A stretch of DNA of 48,781 bases from Schmidtea nova (taxonomy: Eukaryota), in contig CM097882.1 of the NCBI GenBank assembly GCA_044892505.1, forward strand, positions 513,127,220-513,176,000, read 5' to 3'. Below, in pieces: positions 25,133 to 37,609 of this stretch. The position numbers and the translations under genes are program-made. The stretch's first letter is position 1. Each line of letters begins with the position of its first letter. Below the pieces are notes generated by a model. The model ran no database searches and had not been told where the DNA came from. It saw only the letters and a list, made by a program, of their open reading frames with translations.

Positions 25133-27220
25133 CAGGGGCGTAGCTAGGGGGGGGGCGAGTTGCCCCGGGCGCCGAAGAGGAAGATACAGTATATTCATGC
25201 TAGACTAACTCTCTCTCAAAGTTTGCGTAAGATGCAAGAAAAACAGTAGTTTCCTTCCTTGCATCAGGATGTCGTCCACAGTCTAGTTGTATATCTGTTG
25301 CTTCAGTCCATTTAGTTGTTCTGCAGCATCAAACTTGTTAGGTTCTTAGGAAGGGAGAGAGCCATGTCACTCATGTGTTTCATTTCAAACCCATCAGGCA
25401 CAGATCTCCGGCTCAGGCAAGGTGGAACTTGGTGACCCCTTCATGCTCCAGCCACCAGTCATTTCACATCGTTGACGTAGAGCCAATGTTTTGAAAGCTG
25501 CTCTTGCTATCTAGAACGTCTGTGCAGCACACCTTGCCCACGCCGTGTGGGAACATGGGCATGGCCTGCTGAACAGACGGTCTAGATAGATAGTATAGGA
25601 GCCTCATCACCGCTCTGCCTCAGCCTCTCTTGAAAAAGTAATCACTGAGAAACTGGATTCTGACAACTTACCTCTAGAAGATTGTAGATCACAATGTTAT
25701 GATAATGCGTCTGTGATGACAGGGCATATATCTGGTCTTCAACAAAGAATCTGTGCCCGAAATCGACGAGCTGTGTTTGTCAACTGTGACAATCATAGTT
25801 TGAACTTGGTTGGAGTTCATTCAGCCAAACAAGATGCGATCGTTGTAACCTTTTTTGGAACGGTCGAAAGTATTTTTGTTTTCTTTTCTCGTTCTTCAAC
25901 GCTTCGCTGGGAAGAGCTAAAGAAAGCAATACCTATCACTTTGAAGCGGGAATCAGAAACCCGGTGGAGTGCAAGAGTGGAGGCCGTCAAACCAATCTTC
26001 GAAGGATTAACTGAACTTGTGGAACTGCTAGAGAAACTATCAGATGACAGAAATCAGACAAATGACACCAGAACTGATGCAGAAAGGTTGCTGCCGTGTA
26101 TTCTGGACTTCAATTTCCTCGTGCTACTTTATTTCTGGAACACAATTCTACGAAAAATTGATCAAGTTCAAAAACGTCTTCAAGACCCCACCATGAATTT
26201 CAAGGATGCAGCGTCTGATCTGGATGCATTAGAGAAAAACATCAACTTGGAGCGCGACGATTTGTGTGAAGGCGCAATTAACAGTGCAAAGATCAGATGT
26301 GCAGAATGGGGAGTGGAAATTCAACGACGAACAAGAAGGAAACGCATGCCTGGAGAGTTGGCACGGGATGCCGGGCTTTCAGCTGAAGAAGAGGCATCAC
26401 GAGTTATGAAAGGTGTGTTGGATAGATTTCAACAGGAACTAACAACGAGATTCATTCGTCTCACTGACTTAAACTCAAAATTCGGATTTTTACTGGATGT
26501 TAAAAATCTCACCAAGAGCGATGATTTGGATATTCTTCGCGCAAATTGCTTAGATCTAGCTATTTTCTACGACACAGATGTTGATGGAAGAGAACTATTC
26601 AACGAAATATGCGACTGCAAAATGCTGCTAAACGCGAGAGGTGATACTTTACCATTGACTCCCTTGGAACTCATTTCTTTCATTGTGTCATATGGTGATG
26701 ATGTTTTTCCAAACTTGCGCATTGCTCTGCAAATTCTTTTAACAATTGCAGTATCAATAGCCAGTTGCGAGCGTTCCTTCAGCAAGCTGAAGCTAATACT
26801 CTCGTATCTTAGAGCATCTATGGGTCAGGATCGTCTTTCTGATCTTGCACTGCTAAGTGTCGAGAAGGAAACAGCTGAAAAAATCGACTTCGATGATATT
26901 ATTAACAAATTTGCAAGCATGAAGGCGAGAAAAATAAATTTGGTATAACGTACGTTTATTATCATGATAATTTTAAGAATGAATGGGCCGTTGTTATAGC
27001 TTGTAACTCAACTGTTGGTTAGGCAAAGTACTGTAACGAACACGGACATTTTTTCTGCGTCTGTAATACTCTGTATATAGATTAAAATAAAAATTCGTTT
27101 CACTTGAAATGGCTTCAAATTGTGTTTAACTTTTACTTCTTCATTGCAACGGGGGAGGCCCGGTGGGGCGCAAAATTTATAGTTTCGCCCCGGGCGCCAA
27201 AAACCCTCGATACGCCTCTG
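25133..27220 (+). mobile_element. hAT element, 5'-internally deleted, young
   Basis: TIRs caggggcgtagctagggg / accctcgatacgcctctg; TSD tgtgaaa(a)c / tgtgaaac; subterminal gccccgggcgcc at both ends. Confidence 0.9.
25713..26948 (+). CDS. hAT transposase C-terminal ~2/3, uninterrupted ORF
   Basis: In-frame CRSQCYDNASVM just upstream, then CDNHSLNL, ETRWSAR, and the SIASCERSFSKLKLI..MGQDRLSDLALLS dimerisation domain. No N-terminal zinc finger or first catalytic Asp. Confidence 0.9.
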   Translation: MMTGHISGLQQRICARNRRAVFVNCDNHSLNLVGVHSAKQDAIVVTFFGTVESIFVFFSRSSTLRWEELKKAIPITLKRESETRWSARVEAVKPIFEGLTELVELLEKLSDDRNQTNDTRTDAERLLPCILDFNFLVLLYFWNTILRKIDQVQKRLQDPTMNFKDAASDLDALEKNINLERDDLCEGAINSAKIRCAEWGVEIQRRTRRKRMPGELARDAGLSAEEEASRVMKGVLDRFQQELTTRFIRLTDLNSKFGFLLDVKNLTKSDDLDILRANCLDLAIFYDTDVDGRELFNEICDCKMLLNARGDTLPLTPLELISFIVSYGDDVFPNLRIALQILLTIAVSIASCERSFSKLKLILSYLRASMGQDRLSDLALLSVEKETAEKIDFDDIINKFASMKARKINLV

Positions 27221-28049
27221 TGTGAAACATGGAATTATTATTGAGTATAAATCAAATTCATACATGGTTTTATTTTCGATAAACAAACACGCATTTCTTC
27301 ATCAACTATTTGCTATCTTTCGGTTTCTTTGATTTTTTCCGGTATGTACTGAAAATTCTTGCTTGCAAAGATGTGAGCTTAGAAATTTTCAGTCTTCCGT
27401 TCAATTTTTAGGTTTTTTAAGTCATGAATTTTTAAAAATACAAAATCATAAATTCTCTGACACATTGGATTTCTTTTGCGGCACACATTGTCCGACGCTG
27501 ATTTAATTCAATCATAAATTATATTTTACAAATAAATAAATAAATAAAATTAAGTTTTAATCCATGGCATGTTTTGACGCCGTAACAAAGGCACCCAATG
27601 ATAATAGCCTCGACAAAAGTGCCAACAAATAAAGGTTGGTAAGTAATTTTATATTTAATTTTAATAAACAGCAAAAATAATTAAGCAAAACCTTATGACG
27701 GCCAAAAAAATTTAAATTAGAAAAATTAATTGACTTCTACTCATCATCTACTACTACTACTCGTCGGCTACTCATCATTTGATGTCCATTGACAAAATAT
27801 TTATTTGCAGTAGAAAAATTAATTGATGCCGCACGGTTGAAAATTAAAGCATTAATTGGTTTCTTTTGACGCGTACAATTACTTAGCTCTAATTAACTCT
27901 AAATAATTTAACGACATTAGTGAATTAATTACGTGTTAAATTTTATTGATTTTCAATAAGATTTTCGTTTTCACAATTGATTTAAATTATAAATTTTGTT
28001 ATTGTGGTAATTTAGTAATTTCTAAATTTAAAAAAAATTATATTGGTTT

Positions 28050-28800
28050 TTGTAAAAAGTCGAAAAGGACATTATAACATTTATTGCGATTTCTTAAAGC
28101 TGTCCGTTGTTAATTTGAATATTATCAATTTATTTAACGCTCGAAAATATAAATTTAATCTTTTTCTTTTTTATCATACACATGCTATCGATGTATTCCA
28201 TGGAGAATTACAATTTTTTTTAATTCTTTGTGGCTGTATTTCTAGATACGCTGGCTGCATTTGTGGTTTTATTAAAATCGGTTTTTCTGTTGTCATTATT
28301 GTGTCTTAAAATATTTGTTTTGCCAATGTCTCATTTATTTGCCAATAAAGCTTTTATATTCTTTTCAACTAAAATAAATATTTCTGGCTATTAATTCTTA
28401 GAACTTCCATGGTTCTCTTAAATCTCATAACGTCACTTACTTCCCTATCATACTATGCATCTATTATTCAAATATCTTTTCCATTATTATTTATGAATTT
28501 TTTTTCGTTCTGTTCCTCTACTTTCCTTCGAATTTTCAGCTAAATACAAAATTCATTTATAAGATTAGTTCTTGCAATTATCTATGGATATAATTTTTTG
28601 CTAGTTTAATTTATTCATAGTCAATTGAATAGTAAGTTTCCCTATTATTTATAATGGGCTACCGTTTGAACAGCTCACTACACCACTCTGATTTTTTATC
28701 ACTATTCCTTAATTTATTGACCATCTCTTTTGCTCCTGTATCTAAAAGACAGATTCTCCATATTTTTCAAATATTCATACTTGGTCTACCTCCCACATCT
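28050..28800 (-). pseudogene. Gypsy pol fragment (protease and start of RT)
   Basis: CLLDTGA (~28732-28750), NSPWNTSIACV (~28180-28210), FRALNKL (~28126-28146); many stops. Confidence 0.75.
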
Positions 28801-29099
28801 TATTATATTCTATTTTAATATTATTACTGTTGAGGATACCTAAATAATAAAATTAAATAACATCATAAATAAATAAAATAACTTTTAATAAAGTAAAAAG
28901 GAAATCAGATGAGAAGATATTATTTTATGCTGTCAAATGTAAATTTAAAGAAACTTAACTCTTTGAAAGATAAAATAATTTTAGCTATTGGTAGTATACA
29001 ATTGTAGTACATGCTAATTGATGTAAAAAGGTATCCGAAATAGAATATCAGCTGCGATCGAAACAAAATAACATACATTGAATAAAAATTTCAAAAAAT

Positions 29100-29690
29100 C
29101 AAACTCCATTAGGTTTTATTTGTAACCGCAGTTTTAATAAGTATCATACCATATATCAAGGAATGAAAATTAATCTTTCTTATACAGTCAATGAAGTGCC
29201 TATTGTTGGAAAAAATCGATGTATACTCGACTTTTACCTTCACTGTGTGGTTATATCATTTCGAAATAAACAGATAAAATGGAAATCAATAATCTACTAA
29301 ATCCATTTGAATCATTCATTACTAAACTATGAAGAAAAATGTATATGTTGCTTGATAATTAGCAGCAAATTACAAATATCCTTTGAAAATTAGACAACAT
29401 GATCTTCAAATAAATGCAACACAAAATTTTTTTAATTTAATACAAATTCGTTCTGGACAAGAGTGGAGAAACTTTATTGAAATTGAACCGATGATAAACG
29501 AAATTCATGTATATTTGAAAGCAAAAAACAGCAGAAAGTCAGAGTTATTTTTCAGAACCATACGATTGAGACATTGAATAATAGAACATTTTTGTCAAAT
29601 ATGAGAATTTACAAGTAAATCTCATTTACAGTCTTTCTATATCTTATTACGAAAATCTTTACGATAATGGAACATATATGAATAATCAAT
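29100..29690 (+). pseudogene. env-like accessory ORF, copy B
   Basis: Hydrophobic VLFVTAVLISIIPYI, then KIDVYSTFT..YH, MEINNLLN, NYKYP, IEPMINEI, FQNHTIETLNNR, YYENLYDNG; colinear with 35650-36450. Confidence 0.6.
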
Positions 29691-29899
29691 AGACAAAAGT
29701 GCAAACTCAATACGAAAAAAATATCTCAGTAATGAAATGGATCGAGTTCAAATAGAAATCTATAATAACGAAGTTTTTGTTTCACTATTATAGGAAACTA
29801 TTATAAGAAAAAAAGAAGCCGAACGGAGAAGGATAATGTAATAGAAGAAAATTTGAAGGTCCTAAATTGGACAAGAACTTGGGATGAAAAAATGAGAAT

Positions 29900-30219
29900 A
29901 TGCGTGGTCGGAATTGAAAGAAATTCAATAATGAAGTTATCAGAACTACTGGTTAGGAAAAGGGAAGAACATTGGTAAATTCATATGTAAAGGAATGGTA
30001 GAAACTTTAGAGAATGATGGAATAGTGTGGAAAATGATGCTAAATAAGTCATCATGGAAAATCAAAAAAGAAAATTGGCGTAAACTAATGAGAGTAGCAA
30101 ATGGAATTACTTGGATGGTCTTCGAATGCCGAATAAAAACTGCAACAAGTTTCGTAATATTGCGAATTCTGACCATGGAAGAGGAAAACAGTTTACTACC
30201 AATAACGAAAACATGTTAA
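29900..30219 (+). pseudogene. Unknown accessory ORF-X, copy B
   Basis: KGMVE...SSWKIKKENWRKLMRVANGITWMVFE is colinear with ORF 37264-37602. Confidence 0.55.
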
Positions 30220-30249
30220 AATATCGAAAATCATTTATACAAAAGAATA

Positions 30250-30520
30250 TGTCTAGCGAAGAAATTAGAAAAAACATCATATTTATGTATGCTGAATATG
30301 GAATAAGCGAAGAAAACCGAATGATCTCTTAAACAATTTGTCTTATGGGGTATACTGGGAGAATATTATATAATTCGTTAATAACACCAAAGGACAAACT
30401 CAAAAATTACGGACGCAAATTCATGGAATCACGGAAAAAATAAAATTGATGTCAGGAAATTTTTCATATGTAAAGACACATTAACCGATAAGTTGTAACA
30501 GGATGGAAACAGGAAAAATT
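30250..30520 (+). pseudogene. DEDDh exonuclease relic, copy B (truncated)
   Basis: EEIRKNIIFMYAEYG (ExoI Asp changed to Tyr), TICLMGYTGRII, QIHGITE (30416-30436). Confidence 0.65.
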
Positions 30521-31209
30521 AACCATATAAGTTTATAATGGGCATCTGCAATCAATATGGTTGATGTTGACGCTAGGTTTGGTAACCACCAAATACTTCA
30601 AAAATCGAAATTTGGGTCATTAATAGTTTTTTCGATATTGTCATCATCTATGGCAGTTTGTTTACTATCATCCTTATCATAAGATTATTAGTAAGATATT
30701 TGTTGAGCCCAGTCGAGTCACCAGTTTACAGTGTTGGAAAGGTCTGGGGTAAATGCTATGTAAGTGTGTGTGTGTGTGTGTGTGAATGATTGTCTGTTTG
30801 TGTTTGTACACTAATAATGACAATTAACAAATAACAAACTATCTAAAATTACAATCTTTATTAAAAAACGTTAAATTCAATACTGATGATTTTAATTAAG
30901 ATAATGTTAAGGTAATTTTATAATCCTTCTTTGAGTTTCCTTGTCTTATTGTCTTAATTTTATTTCTAATTTCAATTCTTCTAATTCGAAGGGAAAGAAA
31001 ATTTAAAATAGTTTATATTCAGCTTGTTCGATTTTTTTCTTGATATTTTAATTTCTTTAGTTTTATAATTTGTCTCTAATTATATCTATTTCTATTGATT
31101 TTTTTCGTATTTGAGTTTTTATTATAATTTTAATTATTTTTAAAATAAAATAAATAAAACACAAACAACACATAGTAAACAAAAAATAAAAAATTGAACA
31201 CTTACAATC

Positions 31210-31780
31210 TTCATCACCGCAAAGAACTTTATAATTTACGACAAAAGCTTGATCATCTGACTCTGGTATGGTCCTTGATAAATTTAACCAATTCTATAGC
31301 TCACCTAAACTAATGGCCGGTGATTCCAACTTCTTTTATAATCTGTATCAACTGATTTTTTAGTTTCGAATCACTTGGTACCGAAGTAATATCACGTTCA
31401 TTACAGATATCTTGTATGCATTTTGACTTTGTTGTAAACTTTGATAAATCTTTAATACACTCATTAGCCTCTACGGTTAAAACTGATTTGGCTAAATTTT
31501 TATTATTCTTATGCTCATCTTCTGCTTTAAATATATTTACTTCAGTGTCACATTACTTGCCCCTAAAATTAATTCTATTATACTTTTGTTGGTGTATGCA
31601 TAATCCATTTTTTCTCATCCTCTAAAGCTTCTATAGCTTCTTCGACATTAGGAAAATCTTTCTCGTGATTCCAAATTCTGGAACGTTTTTAGCTTTCGGC
31701 TGCTTCGACGCTATATCTTCAGCTTCCTATTCAGAATTACTCTGAAAATCGCCAATAATAGTAATATTATTGACCATTTT
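31210..31780 (-). pseudogene. Mutator-like (MULE) transposase N-terminal fragment
   Basis: LGEL*NWLNLSRTIPESDDQAFVVNYKV resembles the invertebrate MULE ELE.W......P...D..FVV.Y motif. Confidence 0.5.
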
Positions 31781-32349
31781 GTCGCGGTTGGTAATATTAT
31801 TTCTGATATGATTTTGTAAATAATTGACACTAAAATATGGATAACCTGAATCTGAAGTAAATTAATTTTTGACATAGTTTCTTTAAAAATACTGATACTT
31901 TATTTTCTTTACTTGACAATTGTATATTCTACAAGGACAATAAATAATTTACTGTAGAGAAATATTTATAACTTATAATTTTATTAAATCGATAGCATTC
32001 ATTTATTCTACCGATTGAAAATTTTATTTTACACAGATTTTGAATAAAAATATCATTTATTATCATTCAATGTTATTTCTATATTATTACTTAGATTACT
32101 GTATATTTACTCTTATTTCTTATACTAAAGTTTTTAATAAAATTATCATACATATTATTATATTTATAGTTACTACTTTTGATTTTAATATTACTATTAT
32201 AAATACTAATAATACCGTTACCCTTTTCGTCTACATTTATCTATCTTTCAAACATTTTTGCATCGTTCCGCTTGTATTTTCCAATAAATTCATGTTTTTA
32301 GGTATTTGATTTAAGATATTTGTTCGATTTGCGTGGTTTAAAATTTTTG

Positions 32350-34170
32350 TTTGATTTTAAATCCTCATCAGGCTAGGGTTACGCATAAATACTTTTGTCC
32401 GTATGCTCGTATATACCTCTTGGCAGATACGTTGGTACTGCATACGACAGTCGAACGTAAGTTGGCAGATGAGCGTTTATGTTAACATTTTTCACGACTT
32501 AATTCATTCTAAATGGGTTCACTACGATCGATAGAAGATCATCTCAAGCAATTTATATCTTCTTCCCCAGTTAAGTCTCCATTAGGGAATCTCTTCCTAT
32601 CGAATACACTTCGAAATTCCACTTAACTGACGAAGTCACACCCCAATATACCCTATTCTATTCTGAGCTTTTTGTAACGTGCTTAGTCTACTGTACGGGA
32701 ACTACATTTCACATCCTTTAAACTCGAAACATCAAAAATTATAACTAATTAAAACTACCGCCTAATTTTTTAATACATTTATTTAATCTCATTACAACTG
32801 TGCACAATACAATGCCGAAAATCAAATGAATAGAGTTCATGAACCAAAGTCGCATTTCTTCTTTCGTCGTCTTATTTTTATCGCACTGGTTCACTTTCTC
32901 TTAGGTAAACCAGTCTGGAAATAGCTGGGCTTGTCGATTACTTCGGTAGTCTGCTCGATTCCAGGAAACCATTTATCCAAGGTTATCGGCCTTATCTGAT
33001 CTCTCAGGTGGCTACTGATGAATTGCTGAGTTAAGTGACGTCGGAAATTTCGCAATTCTTATTTCAAGGCACTCGTCTCTAGCTGTAAGTCCAAGACAGT
33101 TTGGATGGCGCGATCGAGTTTCTCTTGTACCAAATTCATTTCTTGTGGAGTAAAATAACTGTTTTCTAATTGCAGGAATCTTCACTTTTATTGTGCCATT
33201 ATATTGGACGTTAACATTGCCTCTTGGCACTTCGGATACGATCTTCGATTCATCGACATATAAATTTTATCTTAAAAACATGACATTCATTTCCATCGGT
33301 TTGCTCGTCTGACTCTTTCCATATTTATTTATTTGCAAGTCGTATTTATCTATCCAAGTTTATAGCCTCGTTTATTACTTCTGACGTTCTATCACGCCCA
33401 TCTGGCACTTCAATCTCGATAGCTAGTACTCTCTGGTGGTAGGTTGTCTCAATCCCTATACCATCACTTATTGCCATTTTCTTCAATGAATTTAATATAC
33501 ATGCCCTTTATTTATATGACTATATTCATCATCTTTCTCATTTAATTTATTATTTATCACTTAGTAACTAAACAATTACATAACAAGGCAAGAGCAACAA
33601 GTTTTTATAAATTAAATACGTTTATTAATAAATAAATACGACTAAATAAACAAGTAAAATCAACGATACACACGAAATCACACGATCACATCTCAATTAA
33701 GCTGGATCTCCATATCGGTTGGGCTAAGAGGGGGTGATGGATTCGTTCGGTGTTTCCATTTCAAATACTAATCTGCACATTGCGAAAAACTCAGATGACG
33801 GAATGTCTCCCGTGTAGATGAATCGATTACACCCTTGAGTTTTACTAAGGGATTCCGCAAAGTAATTAGGACATGTTGTTGAGTAAACTATATCCACATT
33901 GATGGGCCATTCAGCACTGCCGTGCCAAATGATCTGTTCAGGGCTATCTCTGCGGAGCCTAAACTTAGGTTTCACGTCTTCTTGTTGAAAAGCCCTCTGA
34001 TGTTCTTAAAAAATTTCTTGTGACAACTGGGTTGGAATTGTCTTTAGTGGTATCTCAGTGATGAGATTATTATCAAAATTAGATGTTGGAATTTGTTTGC
34101 TTTCCTTCTTTGATGAACTACTCTCTCCATCCTTAACACCTCTGAGATTTTTGGTATCGAAACTAAGCAT
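32350..34170 (-). other. Cluster of ~3 degraded, compact, unidentified ORFs (34170-33724, ~33477-32800, ~32740-32350)
   Basis: Two start at a clear ATG after an AT-rich spacer; all have few disablements and higher GC than the flanks; no family recognised. Confidence 0.4.
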
Positions 34171-34759
34171 CTTCTACAATCTATAATTAAAATTTATTTT
34201 TATTTTAATTGACACCGTGGTTCTTATCCTGTTAGAAATTTTAATATCAAATAAGAAATTAGAAAATAAATACAGATATTACTAATGCCTTTAAATACTT
34301 TCAGTTATAAAGTTCAGGAAATTTATCAAAATAGTCAAAACTCCACACATAATTTCTATACAAAACCCCGGACTTTTGTTTCCCTATTCTGCATACTCAG
34401 CTAATTCGGTCGACGGGAATGACAATTGCTTTTAATAGAAAATCGCTTTCGTTTCCCTTTCCGTTACTCAAGCGTGCTCCTACTGCGAATTTTCAATCCC
34501 TCTATTGTTCAAACTCACATTAAATTTCCTGTTTGGAATTTAAGTGTCTTTTTCCAACAATAAGTTCCGGATTAGTTGTATTAAAGGGACTAACGCTTAA
34601 ATCTTTAGACAACTTAGAACAATTAAGTACGCAAATTTGCTAAACAAAAGGTTTCCGCTTTCATATCTTGAACTATTAAACTGTAAATTTCAGCGTATCG
34701 ATAGATTTCCCGATTCGCTTACGCTTAGACAATTTTTTATTGATTATTATAAACAATAT

Positions 34760-35080
34760 TATTTGGGTTTAATGAAATTAGTAAAATAGAAAGCATAAAA
34801 ACTTTGTAAAAATCAATAAAAATATAAAATTTTAAAAGCAATAATTAAATCAAGGAAATTAATAAAAAAGTTAGAAAATTTAAAAATAAAGATTCTGCGG
34901 GGAAATTGGTATGGGTGTATGCCGAATTGAGACGAATCCTAAAATGGTAAAATAAAATTAAGGGGTCCCCAAAAGAAAAGAATTAAAAAGTAATAAATTA
35001 ATTAATTGGCTAATGGGAAACCCGATATAATAGAGAACCTGAGTAGTGTGGGAAACCGGACAAAAATAATTAGCCATGGA
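34760..35080 (+). mobile_element. Partial LTR (5' part), family L1
   Basis: Homologous to 44580-44890 and 48578-48781 (shared ggaaattggtatgggtgtatgccgaa block); preceded by ATAT. Confidence 0.7.
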
Positions 35081-35084
35081 ACAT

Positions 35085-35600
35085 TGATTAATATGATATC
35101 GTCGTATATGAATAGAAAACAAAGACCGATTTATTCATTAAGCAATATTTGTTTGCGTACAGAAATGCAGTGAATGAATATACCGGTGAAACACCTTTCT
35201 ATCTCATGTATCTACGAAGAAACAATATGCCAATTGATCTGAAATTAAAATGTCACTGATTTCTCAATATATGGATGTATCGGATTATAAAGTGATTATA
35301 CAAGATAGACTGCAGAAAGTATGGGTCTAAGCTGGACTCAAAATAAAACACCAGCAAGAAGTATATAAGGAATGCTACGATAATCGCGCTCATGCACTGA
35401 TATCAAAATTGGAGATTTAGTGTAAATGATTAAACCAGAGCCGGCAAAGGAATTATCAACAAAATTGCAGCGACCGTTTAAAGGACGATACTTGGTATGT
35501 GATACTACAGAGACTTATTTGAAATTACGACCACAGAATAATAAAAAAGATTGGAACAATAATTGTTCACGTATATCGATGCAAAAATCTAAAGACGGGG
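35085..35600 (+). pseudogene. Gypsy integrase C-terminus with GPY/F-like module
   Basis: LFAYRNAVNEYTGETPFYL (35150-35206), IKIGDLV, LSTKLQRPFKGRYLV. Confidence 0.85.
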
Positions 35601-35649
35601 AAGGAGCAGTGAAACAAAAATTTACAAAAAATCCAGCTCCACTAAATTA

Positions 35650-36450
35650 TATAAATAAAGTTTTATTTATTTCAACAATAATGATGCTAAATGTTTTGTA
35701 TATGAGTTCAGTATAAGTCTTTCCATTGTATGCAACAAAAAGAATCACAATGATAAATAAAATTGACAAATATGCGACATGTACCTAGATCGTATAGGTT
35801 TATCATTGTGAAAGGACAGAGGAAATTGAAATAAATAATTTACTAAATTATTTCGAGCCCCCAATAACACTAAATTATAATAAAAACATCCACGTTGCAC
35901 GTCAGTTGACAATGAATTATAAATATCCGTGGTTAATAACCCAATTAAATTCGACTGAAAACACTACAAAAATATATAATATTGTACATCTCGATGTTTG
36001 CACAAAAAGGTTAGAGAATGGTGTCTTGATTGAACCCGTTATAAATTGAATTAATCTTAATTGGGAACCACGAGAAACCCACCAAGTAAAAACTGTCTTC
36101 CAGAATTATGCTATAAACACGTTGAATAGCAGAAAACCCTTTATAAACTATGTTTATTTCAAATTATTTCAAACATATAATATTTTGATTCGTTATTATG
36201 AAAAATCTTTATATGACAATGGAACTGCTGCTGATAGTTTGTGGATTGAAAATCATTCTACATAACAAGTGATAACATTGATAAACGAACCGAGTTCAGT
36301 TCTATATTTGGAATCAGTTAATAAATATTACTTGGTTGGCAGACCCAAAATCAAAAAGCTGTTATATACTATTGCGGAAAAATTCAGGCAATCTTAAACA
36401 CTAATAATAAATCTCAGATATTAACCTTTCAACAACTACGATCAAAATTA
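35650..36450 (+). pseudogene. env-like accessory ORF, copy A
   Basis: Directly follows integrase; hydrophobic VLFISTIMMLNVLYM start; EINNLLN, NYKYP, IEPVIN, FQNYAINTLNSR, YYE-NLYDNG. Confidence 0.6.
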
Positions 36451-36663
36451 ATGTCAAAATTTGTTCATGAAAATCAAATATTATCGCCACACACTATCTA
36501 TGGCGAGTGACTTGAGTAGAGGACAAAATCTTTTTTGATAACGTAAACAACAGTGATTCAAATAAATTATATCAATATCAGCTGACAACGCTTCTTACAG
36601 AGTTAAGCGTTAATATAAATAGGTTAATGTATATAAGTTATGAATTAATATGTATAGTTTATG

Positions 36664-36711
<48 letters not shown>

Positions 36712-36740
36712 TTATGAATTAATATATGTATAGGTTATGA

Positions 36741-36779
<39 letters not shown>

Positions 36780-37263
36780 TTATTATGCAATATATATATA
36801 GGCTATAATTAATAAAGACAACTACCATCTATGTTTTTATTTTATTACATACTGCATTCGAATGGAAAAAATATAAAATTAATGATATAACCAACAGAAT
36901 AGAATAATAGTAAAAATTTACTAAAATTGCTCCCCATTAAAGGCTTTATCCAGATATAACCTCATATGGCCATAGAATTCGTCAAATACAATGCCTGCAT
37001 CATCGTTTATCTCTGATATCGCAATTTGGACATTGACAGCTATAGGTAAGACAATATCCTTCGGGCTCTCATCTCAACCATAGCTTCAAAAATTAAATTT
37101 ATCAAACGTTAATCGTAAATATTTTAGAAATGGAGCAATTCAACGGGCAAGGGCGAATGCTATAGCTACGCAAAACTTCAAAGGAATCATGCAGGGCAAA
37201 AAATTCAAATAGAAGATAATTTAAAAATCCCAAATTGTTTCAGAATAGATGAAATAAAAATGC

Positions 37264-37602
37264 ATGAAACTACACCGGAATATGGGAATGAGACTAACTG
37301 ATGAAATTCAAATATCCAGGAAAGAAAAATATCATCTGCATATCATTAAAGGGACAGAGGAAATAATGTACGGGCAACGTCAACCGCCGATGGAATTAAA
37401 GAAATTATCATCTTGGAAAATTCACAAAGAATTTATGGCTAAACCAATACGCGCAGCAAATGAAGAAACTCTCATTGCTTTGGAAACAACAACAGAAAAT
37501 GAACCAAATGAGAGACCATGCATGCTGATAACGGAGAGCCAGGATTCAACAATTATGCAGATCTTAGAAAAAAATATTGAAACAAAAATTATCATTTCCT
37601 AG
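37264..37602 (+). CDS. Unknown accessory ORF-X, copy A
   Basis: KGTEE...LSSWKIHKEFMAKPIRAANEETLIALE; homologous to copy B. Confidence 0.55.
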   Translation: MKLHRNMGMRLTDEIQISRKEKYHLHIIKGTEEIMYGQRQPPMELKKLSSWKIHKEFMAKPIRAANEETLIALETTTENEPNERPCMLITESQDSTIMQILEKNIETKIIIS

Positions 37603-37609
37603 GAAAGAC

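Noticed and set aside
32349-32372. Second hammerhead on the - strand (CTGATGAG-GATTTAAAATC-AAAC)
   Set aside because: Lacks G12 of GAAA and has no convincing helix I or III; it also lies within a coding-like region.
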